Source: Squalus acanthias (Eukaryota). From it: a DNA stretch of 64,000 nucleotides. The stretch covers positions 86,678,001-86,742,000 of the forward strand of contig CM059432.1 of assembly GCA_030390025.1 (NCBI GenBank), read 5' to 3'. Of this stretch, positions 13,317 to 26,380 are shown piece after piece (position 1 is the stretch's first letter; the number at the start of each line of letters is the position of its first letter). Below the pieces are notes generated by a model. That model saw nothing but the letters and a program-made list of their open reading frames with translations. It had not been told where the DNA came from and searched no databases. A program made the translations under genes and the position numbers.

Positions 13317-15394
13317 TAAGCTATCAGAAGAGCTGGACACAATATTTAATATTCTGGTAAATTTGCTTAATTTCCCTGCAAGTGAAATATTGAATTAAAT
13401 GCATCATGCAACTGAAGTAAGTGTGGATGCTTTGTGCCATGGAATGGTAGTGCAGGAGGGAAGTAGCATAGCAGAAGGAAAAAACATCTAATTATGACAA
13501 GGAAAATGGGATAAGTAGATGAGATACAAACGAGAAAAAAAGTCTTGCATCTAGCATGTCAGTTACAACACAAAATGTCACACTTGAAAGTACGGTACTT
13601 GCAAGATCTGTCACATTTGCAGTTGATTGACTCAAACATCATTCACAAAACAGCAAATCAAGACCAAATAATCTTAAGAAAGCCAGTGCTTTCCAGTGAT
13701 TTCTGTTGACTTTCACAACCTGGCCTCTTCCCAAGATTTAATTGTCAATTTAGACCACTTCTCCACAGAAAGTACACTTTGTGGCCTTAGACGAAAGCCA
13801 CATTAAACACAGCTTTAAACCGTAGCAAGCAGACAGCTTAATTCAAGTCAGTCCTTTTACACCTACTAGGAAAGAGCCATCAAACATCAACATCTCTCTT
13901 GTTTTTATATAATATTGTGTGCTATATAGTTTAATACTGTCATTATAAAACAGCATATCATCCAAATTATTTTGAAACCGACCAGTTGTGTAAAATATAT
14001 TTTATATCTGAATTGCAAGTACACAGGTGCTATTTTAATGAGTAATATTTTAAGTGCTAGGACCTATAGTGCTCTGCAATTTTGTGGTCACTGACATTAA
14101 CACCAGACACAAAATTTCTCCCCTATTTTTCTCATTTTCTTGCCCAAACCATTTTCCCCATTATAATTGAATTGGAACCAATAACCATATCAGCAACTAC
14201 AGCAACTTAAACATATATATAGTGTCTTTAATGTAGAAAAACATTCTAGGCCCTTAAATCAATGCCAATACTTGGTGTCTGATTCTGTAATGGCGTCAGA
14301 GACTAACCTTCCAATTATATACAGTTCATTCATTTTCATGAATTTTGCAATATACACACTTCAGTTGCAGCTGAAGTGTGCAAGGTGTGAAGTGAATAGT
14401 GATTATATAACTCAATTTATTTCAGCTCTTTAGTTAGCTGACTCTGCAGAAGTTCTGAACCAAGTTTTGCAGGTAAGTATGCAAGCTGTGAAATGTATAG
14501 GAATCAATAAACTACCAAATGGGGATTAGAAGACTAATGGTAGGCTGACCCCTTCCAATTCAGAACACAAAGTATTTGTATACCAGGTATTGGTTCCTAC
14601 TCGTCAACACTTAACTGCTGTGACTCGGCACACTAAACTTTTTAGAACAGTGAATGCATAATTTTTCTAAAGAAAAGCCAATATTTTATTATACATTCTT
14701 TTTAAAAAAAAATAATATTAAGATGTCCCCAAGCACTGGACAGTCTTACCAAAGAATCTACATTTCATGCTGCAGAATTTGGTTGAGATTGCCACGGATT
14801 TCTACAGGCCCTGACTTTTGTTCAAAGTCTGCCCAGGAACCCCCTCACCCCCAAATGTAAACATCTTTAAAGAGGTACTCTGGTACTGTCAAAAACTCAT
14901 TCCATGTCACATTGACAGTAGTAAAATTGCAATTATAATATACATTTAACTTTCATAAAGTTTATTTTATTTTAAACACTGTTACCAGTCATTTGTCTCA
15001 ATGCCCACTTCGGTAAGCTGCAGTCACATACCAGCACCAACACTTGAAAAGTAGAGAAGGGAAGTGGAAAAGCAAAACACACTCAAACAAAAATAAACTA
15101 ACGCCGCAAAGATATTCCACTTTATTTCTCTCAATTTCTGAAATCTTAAGAAACACTGAATAACTGGTCAGTGTCGATAATGGCCAGTGATTTTTTCACT
15201 TTGCAATGCCCCACTTAGACGGGCTTTACGGCCTGCAGTTTAGGAACCACTTGCTTTGGAATCAATGGATGCTCCAAGGAAGTATATTTTGATAAACATG
15301 TCAAAAAAAATCAATTCTTGGAAAGTGTACTTTAATGCAAATTAACCATCACTTGATTAACCAGTCTCGCTGGTTCATCCATTAATTAGCCACC

Positions 15395-15635
15395 CAGAGC
15401 GTGGTTAAAATGTGGAACTCGCTATCACAGGGAGTAGTTGGGGCAAATAGCATAGATGCACTCAAGATAAGCTAGATAAGCACGAGGGAGAAAGGAATAG
15501 AGGGTTATATTGATGGGGTTAGATGAAGAGGGGTGGGAGGAGGCTCGGGTGGAGCATAAACACAGGCATGGACCTGTTGGGCCGCATGGCCTGTTTCTGT
15601 GCTGTAAGTACTTTGTAATTGTAATACTTTGTAAT
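15395..15635 (+). mobile_element. CR1 3' end fragment
   Basis: Same 3' UTR as 13210-13316 and 38785-38955 (gaagaggggtgggaggaggctc..gtggagcataaac). Confidence 0.75.
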
Positions 15636-16430
15636 TGATGACTTTCTCGTGATAACCAAATATAAGTCCTCCAAGCCTTCCTGTGCTTCCAGCAACCAAC
15701 AATCTCAATTTCATGAAATATATATTCTCATTACAGTTGTTTTTGGCTGCAATACACAGAAAACAAAACGCTCCCAAAAGCAAAGTTCTCCTTTAATCTG
15801 CAAATGTACAATAGCAGTTTTTGACTGCGACATTGAACTCTATTTAAGTAAATCAGTAAATCTGTTCTGTGGCATTCTGGACCAGGTATTATGGTAGAGT
15901 ATTCGCAAAAAAGCGGTGTCCAGTCTAAATCAGGTCTTTTTAGGGCTAACATGACTAAGTATATTCTTCCTTTCTCTATTTAATGGTTTCCATGTGTCAC
16001 ACCATGTGCAGCCAAGATGCTGGGCAGATAACCTGCTCCAAGGAGTCTGCCAATACCACTCAAATTATCCACCAAGCAGTTCACAAGAGTGGTATGGCAT
16101 GTCTCTTCCTCCAATTCCTGGAGGAAAAATGGTCACAAACCAGCACTTGTGGGGTGACCTTTTCCCAGTCATTCAGAAGAACATGAGACTGCACCCTAGA
16201 CTTTGAATTTCCCTCTTTCCAATTGCTGGCAGAGGAAGTCTCGCATCTCTGCTCAGCACCTCATCCAACAAGACTGAACTTGCCACACAGGGAAATCACA
16301 GGCACAAACCTGTATCCCACTGCTCATTGTAGGTTGAGGAGATAGAATAAAATTATACATAGCATGTAATATTTGGTTTGAAACTGGGCTTGGAAAAGTC
16401 AGTAAAACTGAAGAAAAATGTTCAAAGGAT

Positions 16431-16672
16431 ACAGAAAATGCTGGAAATACTCAGCAGGTCAGGCAGCATCTGTAGAGAGAAACAGTTAACGTTTCAGGTC
16501 GATGACCCTTCGTCAGAACTGGTACTTAGTACCGTTTCTGATGAAGGGTCATCGACCTGAAACGTTGACTCTGTTTCTTTCTCTACAGATGCTGTCTGAC
16601 CTGCTGAGTGTTTCCAGCATTTTCTGTTTTTATTTCAGATTTCCAGCATCTGCAGTATTTTACTTTTGTATT
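16431..16672. mobile_element. Non-autonomous Penelope-derived hairpin insertion with hammerhead motifs
   Basis: Inverted arms of about 95 bp (16431-16525 / 16529-16627); flanked by 14-bp direct repeat aatgttcaaaggat (16417-16430, 16673-16686); same sequence as the 3' end of the Penelope at 41995-43075. Confidence 0.88.
16483..16521 (-). ncRNA. Minimal type I hammerhead ribozyme motif (Penelope type)
   Basis: Minus strand CAGUU-CUGACGA-AGGGUC-AUC-GACCU-GAAAC-GUU-AACUG: conserved core, stem II, palindromic ACGU stem III, 5-bp stem I. Confidence 0.72.
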
Positions 16673-17034
16673 AATGTTCAAAGGATGTTCAGCTGGAAAA
16701 TGAACAACTCTTGCAAAAATATTCTGTGGTTTTTAAATTATCCTTTAAAATGAAGTTTAAATACTATTCAAAGTGAAAATTGCTAAGAGCTTGCACTTAG
16801 TACTGTTTTCCCTTAAAATTCAGGCTACTAATCATTCTAATACACAAACAGAAACCAGATACAGAACAGATTTTTAAAAAAATGACAGAACCTTGAATAT
16901 CAGCTCATTTAATGATTTTTTTTAATTTTTGAGAATACTCAAAAATCAAAATGGTTTAACTTTAAAGGAGCAATGTAGCTCATTTGCAGCTTAAAATGGG
17001 CCTATTCTAAAACAATTACCAAAATATTTCTTAC

Positions 17035-17079
17035 CCGTTGGTCTCGCTAATCAGATTCTCTGTTTCTGCACATTCAGGC
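17035..17079 (-). other. Candidate 45-nt cassette exon of stau2 (phase 2 to 2)
   Basis: aatttttcttttag|GCCTGA...CAACGG|GTAAGA; open only in phase 2, the phase of this intron: (R)PECAETENLISETN(G). Confidence 0.45.
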
Positions 17080-18126
17080 CTAAAAGAAAAATTATTTGCA
17101 GTTTTAATGATAAGAGGATCAATCCCCTAAATGCATATTGGGACCACTATCCCTTCAGTCCCTTCCCAAGCAAACCAGAAATGGCAACAGACCTGAATAG
17201 GAAGTGAGACTTTCACTTTGGCTGTTACAAACTAATAAAATGAGCACAAGAATACTTAATAGATTCATACAGATCCTAAACTAAGGGAACTAAACAGCAA
17301 ACTTAAAAATAAATTAGAATTCCCGATACACCAGTTTGTTCCCTTCAATTTCCTGTCTTCTTTTTCTCAGGCTCATGATGGAGAGAGGTTTCATTGGTGC
17401 TGGGATCCCTCTGATACCTCACTGAAGGAATCATTCTTCACATGAGTAAAAAGCTAGTCATCAGGTTATTTAACCTTGGAGATCACAGACAAGCCCAATT
17501 CGCCTCTCACCGAATATCCCCCTTCACATACTTCCCCCAGCAGAAGTCGCTGAGTAGCAACTGGAAGCAGGGACATGGGTTAATTTTTTTTTCTAACTAT
17601 ACCACAAGATACAGAGCTTAATTTTAATTTTCCTACCACTGTGCCAACTGGCAATATCTTTGACCAAATTTTCCCTACTATTCAACTGTAGATAGCATCA
17701 CAGATAAGCCCAATCCTGCTCTCACCCGACATCCACACACATGCACTTTCCAGCAATAATCCCTGATGAATATGGGCAGAATCCATGCCTGATATCCCTT
17801 CCCTAACACAAGGGCTAATTGTAGGCCTCCAGTTGCTGCTCCAGCTGACATCAGCTAAGTCGGTAGAGACTAGGAATTGAACCTGAAACTTTTTGATCTG
17901 TATGGCTCATTATTACATTTGTACCTTTACTCACTTGGCAGCAGTCTGAAAAGAATCAAAATATTGGCACAGATATATTATAATGACATAGATATTTTAT
18001 ACGAAAAGTGTACTAAAATAAAAGTAGACTGAAGTAGAGAATTTGAAGTAACTGGAATGAAGGATATTTTAGATTTTAAAAAAAGTATGACTGTTGTTTT
18101 ATAATAATATTTGTAACGGTTACCGT

Positions 18127-18885
18127 GGTCTCGATATTAACACCCACCACCCCCCATGATGGGTGGGAGAGGGTCGGAGGGAGGGGTTAAACAGTTAAGT
18201 ATGGGGAGCACTTCACCAACACGCAGGCACAGGCTGCTTTTTTTTGGCGGTGGTATCGGGGCGTCTGAGTGTCCCACCATGCAGAGCAGGACACTTAATT
18301 AGCGTATTCAAATTGTGCTCCCACAATGTAATTTGGAGCCCGATTTAAAATTCACTGTTGCTGCACAGGTTTCCCAGGAGTCGGAAAACCCAGCAGTGAA
18401 AGGGAGGCAGAAGCTGCCGGCTTCACAAGCTAAGTGCCTTTTTCAGTACTCGTTGTGGGCCAGGAGGAGCAGGAGTGATCCCAGCCCCTCAAGGAAACCT
18501 TTGGCCTCTCCCCTGCCATTAGCAGCCTCTCTCTCACCCGTTGTGTTTGCCAACCTCCAACCCCAGCCCCAATGGCCTCTCTCCGCCACCACCCCCCCCC
18601 CCACACCGCGTTTACCACCTCCCCCAGCCCCCAATTGCCGACCTTCCCCCTCCCGATTGCCAGGGACCGTCCCCAAGTTTCCCCGGCTGTGTCCTCCTGC
18701 TGCTGGTTTTCCCTCCTAGCTGTTGGCCAGGTTGTCAATTTGGTCAACAGCTAGGAGGGAAACTGAACAAAAAATGATAATGAGGTCCTGCCGTTAAGTT
18801 CAGCAGGAACTTCGCATCCCCGGCCTTGCTGGGTTCTTCGGCCATCTTCGGCCTCCCGTGCACCCTACCCATAAATATCAGGGCC
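18127..18885. mobile_element. Non-autonomous Harbinger-type element
   Basis: GC-rich island with imperfect TIR ggtctcgatattaa / taaatatcagggcc; flanks CGT/TGT. Confidence 0.55.
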
Positions 18886-20707
18886 TGTAGCAGCGCTCTG
18901 GAGCTCCCGCGCTGCCGGCTCACTGGCTTTTAAATAGGGAAAACCACACATGCGCGGTTTTTTAAATGGGCTGCGCGGCCCCATCACCCAAAAATATTAA
19001 AGGGAACATTGGCCTGTATATCTGCTTTCTATTCAGATGTGTTCTATCAAAGTATCGACAGATTCCCATTGTTCACTGAAATGGCTGCTGAATTATTTTT
19101 TTATTTTTTTAAATGTTTAATTTTTCTTCAGTTGCTTTATGGAAAAAACTCTGTTTCTTCTTGTGTGCCAATATTTCACTTCCCAGTCGTATTAGATCTT
19201 TCAGGCTATTGGAGGTGGTGCATCAGACGTAACTGCATCATAGGGAAAATAATTCAATATCATCAATCTCACGGCCTTCCCCCCCATATTTGTTCCCATT
19301 TCCATTCCTCTCCTGCAAAGCTGAAACTTATTTGCATATACACCAACAGCCCCCTATAATCTCAGCTATTATTCTTCATGTGGACATACACAATGCGTGT
19401 CCATTGTCTATTTATTCATGGAGCTCAAACCTGTCCTCATCTGACATCTACACACACACTTTCCACCAAGCTCACTGGACAGCAATCCGAAATAGGAACC
19501 CAAGCTGGTTGGTATGGTGTACCAGTATCTCACCATGCCAATGAAACAATGCCTCTTTGTAACCTGGTAAGTCTGTAGATATCTGAATTTAAGAGAGTAG
19601 TGAGTAAGTTAAGGGGAAACAGATTAGAATGCAGTAAGTACATATTGTTGGGGATATACTCGCCTGTCATTTTATTCTCCGGACCACTCCCACTCTGACC
19701 TCGGCCTCCTACACTGTTCCAAGGGAAAAAAACAGGCGAGTATCTTTGCGCTCCAGGCTGATCTTGGAGTAATGGGTGATTTTTCTGGGAACAAGATCAT
19801 CAAACGTGGAGCTGAGGAAGTAGTTTAGTAAATCAACATCAAATGGAACGCCAACAGCTATGCAGTTGGGACTTTGAAAATGCAGTTGTAAGTGACTTGG
19901 GAGAGAGGAGGGAGAAGAGTTTTTTTTCGAAGGAAGAGGTAGGGGGTGGGGATGGTGAGAGGTACAAGGAAGTGGTTGGAGATGACTTTATCAGTGATCA
20001 AGACTATGGGAATAGAGAGACCACATGAGAGTAGAGATGGCAAGGTCGAGGGGGTTTGTAAGCATGTAGGTAGGAGAGATTATTTGGAAGAATAGGTTTG
20101 GGAGGATAAGAGGGCAGTGAATTCAGAGAAGAGAGGCAAGGGGAGCTGAGTCGCTCAGTGCGGAGGCTGATGGAGGATATCTCAGGGAGAAAATCGAGGT
20201 GGGGTGATAGACAATGAGATTTTAAAGAGATGAGAGGTCAGGATCAGGCATTAATCTTCCACTTTCCTGCCCCATTCCAAACTCTGTCCACATCCACGAC
20301 GTTTGATGCTGATTCAAATGAGACAATACCTTTCAACCATGTTTTGATTTCATAATTATATGCATAATTGTATTTTGTTGTACAGTTGTATAGTTACAAT
20401 TTTTATCTCTATCTGATAGAGCTCCTGCATAGAACCCGCAACAATTCTTCATTCTTTCACTCACTTATCCAGTCCCAAAAGACTCAACAGCTGAAAATTT
20501 TAAAACTTCAGACTTACTCACATCCAGGAGCTTCATTAACCAGTTAAGATCATATGGGCCAAAATCTAGGGCATTCTGCAGAATCTACATATTGAAATCA
20601 AGCCTTGTAAACTTCCTGCACCATCCTCTCTTCCTCAATGCCTTCCTTACCACTCTGAAGTGCCATTTGGGTTTGGACTAGGATCGTCTTGGTTCTTCAG
20701 ACCCATA

Positions 20708-21055
20708 TTAAGAACATAAGAAATAGGAGCAGGAATAGGCCATTCAGACCTTCGAGCCTGTTCCAATATTCAATATCATGGCTGATCTACCTCTACTCCA
20801 CCTTCCTGCACTATCCCCATATCCCTTTATGCCCTTAGTATCCAAAAATCTATCTATCTCAGCCTTGAATATACTCAACGACTGAGCATCCACAGCACTC
20901 TGGAGTAGAGAATTCCAAAGATTCACAACCCTCTGAGTGAAGAAATTTCTCCTCATCTCAGTCCTAAACGGCCAAACCCTTATTCTGAGACTGTGACCCC
21001 TGGTTCTAGACTCCCCAGCCAAGGGAAACATCCTCCCAGCATCTACCCTGTCACC
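20708..21055 (-). mobile_element. CR1 3' fragment
   Basis: MFPLAGESRTRGHSLRI...RRNFFTQRVVNLWNSL; cataagaa tail. Confidence 0.9.
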
Positions 21056-21757
21056 CCCAGGTACGGATGCTCCAAAATACTGGCAGTAACCAGGGAACTA
21101 TTCAAAGGATTTTTGCCATATCCCTCATAAAACATTTTTTTTTAAAAACACAATGCTTCATGATCCAGAGAACCTCTGAAAACTGAGGGGGTGGGGGTAA
21201 CTTAGGGAGTGCAACTCCTCTATACACGTCAGGAGCAGTGGGGCACAGGGGGTGCAAACCTGATGACATCATGACAGGAAAAAGTGATACACCAGAATCA
21301 ATCAAGATAATACAAGTTTCCATAGTGCGACGAATGCTTGAGTGACAAAGAACCAGTTTTTCCATAGGCACAGAAGAACCTGGTGATCTGGAAAATCAAC
21401 AAGTTTTCAACAACTACTGCTCGATTGTTTTAATTTCTCTCAGAATCTAGAAAACCTAATCTGGTAGGTCTCCATGACATCTATATCTGGATCACCCTGT
21501 CTATCGAATGAAGATTCCATTCATAGCATGGTCCCCTAAAATATATGCACTGCAAAACTGTACACCATAAAAGGCATTCTGCAGAAAGGAAGAATAATTC
21601 TCTCCACATTTATATGCCTTACAGCTGTGAAATTGTCCATCCAGGCTGTACTGATTTGATGCAGAAGTATTTTTTGAAGAACAGACTAGCCAGGTTGTTT
21701 GAAGTTCAAATTTGTTCACAAAGCTACATAAATAGCTTTGCACTACCTGGGCTCATT

Positions 21758-22446
21758 GGGCTGGATTTTGATACTGGGGCGGGTTGGGGTCGTGTCATCC
21801 ACTTTTCGTGTTATCCACCCGACTGCAATTGGATGCGGGAGATTGATGCGATTTTCACCTAATTGGGCAATTGAGTTCCAGCATGTGGGAACCCATGACC
21901 CAATTAGTGTTTTCAGTCTGAAAGTCGCCTCTGATGATGTCATCATTGCTGCTGCATTGAAGGTCTGCAAAGACTGCCTGGTCTTTGCTGTGAGAGGACC
22001 TGGATGCAAAATGAGCAGCAGCAGCCCTAAGTCTACTCCCAGATAGTTTTGCACCACCACTCCCAGATATGTCTCCCATCCACCACCACTCCCAGATATG
22101 TCATCCATCCATCCATCCAGCCTACCTGCCTGTCAGCTATCGAAATGTGCTCCCGCCAGGTTTCACATTCGTGGTTCAGAACAGGCGTGCTTCATGCAGA
22201 AAAAGGGTTAAAATCACAAAGGCCTTTCAAAATGGCATTATAGAGGCAATTTAGTGCATGTTAAGGGCCTTAACAGCCTATCCTGCCTCTTAGAGGCGGG
22301 ACGGAGTCGGGACCAGCAGACACGATTTAATGAAAATTGCGTGGAGGCGGGATGGAGGCGGGCTTGTGCCCACCCGCCAGTTTTCGCAATTTTAACCCTC
22401 CACACGCCTCCAAACCCACCTCCACGGGTCAATGAAAATCCAGCCC
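21758..22446. mobile_element. Non-autonomous Harbinger-type element
   Basis: Perfect 12-bp TIR GGGCTGGATTTT / AAAATCCAGCCC; flanks ATT/AAT. Confidence 0.8.
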
Positions 22447-24760
22447 AATGTCTTCAACAAGTATACCTCACCTTTCGAGGGTTGCAGGAGTTCCCACTAA
22501 GAAAGAGATGGGAGCAGACTGCAATGACAATCTGCATTCTTTTTGCTCATGACCAGCATCTTCAAGTATCACCTGTCCCTTGGTTGATCTTGACTTCTTG
22601 AGCAAGCGTTTAGGTGATCATTAAGTAAGTAGATTTTATTGCAATGGTCTCATGTAAAGTTTTGCAGCAGGCATTACAAATATAGCTGCTGCCATTATCC
22701 GATCCAGAATTCACGAGAAATGTTGAGCTTAGATTCTGACTCCTAATCTGTATTCAAATTGAAGCATTGTACTGGTGGTGAAACCATAAGGTTAATTGTG
22801 CAAATCTTTACTCCTGGCACAGAGCCTTGCAAGCGTGTAGGTACAGTAGTGGAGATAACTGTAGCCCCAATTTTCTGACCCATTTTTGCCCCTGGCAAAA
22901 TTTCACTCCCGAAGTGAAGCCTTGCAAAATTAACCCTTTATTTCATGTGGTCAGGATAATGCTCTGCAGAAAGACAGGTTCTGTACTGTTTGCAACTAAA
23001 TTTTTCTCAATTGGTGATAAGGGCCGACCTTTCTCAAAGGCTCAGTCCATGCTGTTTCCTGGGAGGGCATATGTGTAAACATCTCAGTCCAAGAAATATT
23101 GCTACAACAAACAAGTCCTGGGAGAACATGAAGCCATATTTTGGTTCCAACCTATTTGGATTTCTGGATTCTTAGATCCTGATACGAACATACGCACCCA
23201 TGAGCTGCGGGGCTGCTGATGTGCAGTGCCTGGACTGATCTGTATTAATGTTACAACCTTGATGTCATGCTTCATTAGAAATAAATTCAGTATCCGTCCA
23301 GGATGAAATCCACCTATACTCTTTCAGTCTACAAAGTAACAAGAGTAAAACCGTGAGATTTTCTGGCTGAGGTACTTTTCGGCAGCTTGCAAAAGTAGCA
23401 GGTAACCAAGTGCTCTCTGTTTTGCATAAGCCCAAGAAAAATTATCAGCATGTAATAAGATCTCTTCCTGGAATTTTCAGCAGTGCAGCGGGTGACTTGA
23501 AGGGTGGGAGCCACAGAGGCAGTAGAGGTTCATGTTTCTAATACTTGCTGTCTGGCTAACTAAATCATTTGAATCCCTAAAGCAAAGTCTTCTATTCTGG
23601 CCCAAAAAGCCATCCACCTGTCCTATTTTCACAGGCTGCACAATGACAACTTGCACTTAAATAGTTTATTAATCACGGCAAAAAGATCCAATGGTGCTTT
23701 ACTGGGGAGGGAGTGGGGGAAAGAGGGGCAGGTAGGATGTGATTTCACATAACATGCCTGGTAGAACAGGCAGATGCTGAAGATGCTTACCTTAATAAGC
23801 TACTTCAACATAATGACTCACTTTGTCTTGGACTGTTCCTGGAATGCATAGCAGAATTTACAGGTTGCAAGAGCTATAATCCATGGGGAAACAACAGCGA
23901 CATCACGTGAATATTCACTACAAGAAATGCCTTCATACAGATTTTGGAGCTATCACAGGTTTGACTTTATTTTAAATAAAGTTTATGAACGAAACCTTAC
24001 AGCCAGAGGAAGTGATACCACTAATGACATTATAAAGTTCTCACCTATGTGGCAGCACATGACAGATATGAATGACCGAGCACAGAACCGAAGAAATAAA
24101 TACTTGAGAATACTATAGTGGACACAGAAAGGTGAAACCATGTGACAGGATGAGATAATGTATTCAAACAGATATAGATGTCAGAAAATGTTATGTTGTC
24201 AGCTATGTTGGCTACAAGAAGAATTTCCCTCACCAAACAGAATTTGCATGCAACTGGTATGAACTCTCAACTTTTATTTAAATGTCCTGTAATTTAAACA
24301 ATCAAAGGAACTAAGTTATAATAGGTTTTCAGTGAATCTAGAAACCTCAACGTTCCATTAAATACTTTTTCAGAAATGTACTTTTCTAGCCTAAACAAAC
24401 ATTTTAATTCAGATGCCTTTAATTCAGAATTGCCTTTCTTTGGACTTTTTCACCTGCAGATTCTAAAAAGTGAGACACCAGTCACAAAATTGAAAATGTT
24501 TAAAAAAAAATTATTTTGGAGCAGCACAATACTCACAGCCTACAGCTAAAAATGTTTTTCTTATGTGGTTGAGAGACAAAAGATTCAGGCAAGACCTACA
24601 TTATAGATTTTGAAGGAAACTTTTTGTAACATTTCCTAAATATTGCATGAATTGCATCATACTTATTCCTATAACAAATGAATAAAAATATAATTTAATT
24701 ACAAATAAGTACTTCAATTAGCAATGATTTACCAATAAGTAAAAAGCTCACCAGACTAAC

Positions 24761-24896
24761 CTTTGATTGTACATGCCCTTAAAGTTATAGTTAGCTCTGT
24801 AGTTGAGGATTGGCTTTGGCTCCAATGGTCTATAGATAGCAGGCTCTCCCCTCTTCATTGCAAGACCATTCAGCTCTACAGTCGGCGTTATGCTAC
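24761..24896 (-). CDS. stau2: Staufen homolog 2, coding exon (first half of split dsRBD2), 136 nt, phase 1 to 2
   Basis: ttgtgttgcag|GTAGC...CAAAG|GTTAGT; encodes (G)SITPTVELNGLAMKRGEPAIYRPLEPKPILNYRANYNFKGMYNQ(R); phase matches the 160-nt exon. Confidence 0.96.
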
Positions 24897-24994
24897 CTGC
24901 AACACAAAATCCTTTTTTATCAATAACTTCTAAAAACATGACTAAACAATATAACATTTTTATTCGCACTCTTGGTTGAAATCGACAGTTATTC

Positions 24995-25920
24995 ATAGAC
25001 TCGTAGAACCATAAAAGTTTGCAGCACAGAAGGAGGTCATTCAGCCCATTGTGTCTGTGCCGGCCAAAAAAGAGCTATCCTGCCTAATCCCGCTTTCCAG
25101 CTCCTGTAGATAACGGCACTTCAAGTGCATATCCAAGTACTTTTTAAATGTGATAAGAGTTTCTGCCTCTACCACCCTTTCAGGCAGTGAGTTCCAGACC
25201 CCCACCATCCTCTGGGTGAAAAAATGTCTTTTCAACTCCCCTCTAATCCTTCTACCAATTACTTTACATCTATGCCCCCTGGTTATTGACCTCTCTGCTA
25301 AGGGAAATAGGTCCTTCCTATCCACTCTATCTAGGCCCAACATAATTTTATAAACCTCAATTAAGTCTCCCCTCAGCCTCCTCTGTTCCAAAGAAAACAA
25401 CCCCAGCCTATCCAATCTTTCCTCATAACTAAAATTCACCAGTCCTGGCAACATCCTCATAAATCTCCTCTGTACCCTCTCTAATGCAATCACATCTTTC
25501 CTGTAATGTGATGACCAGAACTGTATGCAGTAGTCTAGCTATGGCCTAACTAGTGTTTTATACAGTTCAAGCACAACCTCCCTGCACTTATATTCTATGC
25601 CTCGGCTAATAAAGGGAAGTATCCCCCGTATGCCTTCTTAACCACCTTATCTACCTGTCCTGCTACCTTCAGGGATCTGTGGACATATACTCCAAGGTCC
25701 CTCTGTTCCTCTATATTTCTCAGTATCCTACCATTTACTGTGTATTCCCTTGCCTTGTTAGCCCTCTCCAAATGCACTTCTCCGGATTGAATTCCATTTG
25801 CCACTTTTTTGTCCATCTGACTAGTCCATTGATATCTTCCTGCAGTCTGCAGCTTTCTTCTTCATTATCAACCACAGGGCCAATTTTTGTAACATCTGCA
25901 AACTTCTTAATCATGCCCCC
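24995..25920 (-). mobile_element. CR1 3' fragment
   Basis: ALERVQRRF..RRLRGDLIEVYKI..FFTQRMVGVWNSLP. Confidence 0.9.
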
Positions 25921-26380
25921 TATTTATTGATACGTATACCCGTGCAAATTTATTTTAATATTCACTCTAGTCTAGGTTAAATACTGTAGTTATTTAATGA
26001 TTCATCAGCATTACTGGCCAATATGAAAGGTTAATGATATCGATGGCATATTTTGTTGTACAGTTATACCTATTTTGATGGACCTTTATTGTTATGACAG
26101 AGTGATAGTGTGCTATTTAAAAAAACTCTAAGATGAATGTGAACAGGACAGACCAGGAAGTATACACAAAATTGGCTGAAGAAATCTAACATTATACCAA
26201 AATCTCATGGAATAAATGGCACTGGCTCATTTAGTTGAGATACAGTGAAATTTGTAAATTAGAGACACCTAAGGAACTTGCATCAGGTGTCCTTTTTTCC
26301 AAAATGGTCATTGCATGTGCAGTAAACTGGATGAGCCAAATATCCTGGGATTGGCTGTATCGCCTGCAGCGTTCCTTCCA

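Noticed and set aside
14750..14885. Minus-strand exon-like segment ending TTG|GTAAGA
   Set aside because: Stops in all three frames and no other support.
1..24760. Next canonical stau2 exon (YHCP...-like second half of dsRBD2)
   Set aside because: Not found by eye; presumably lies beyond the left edge of the window.
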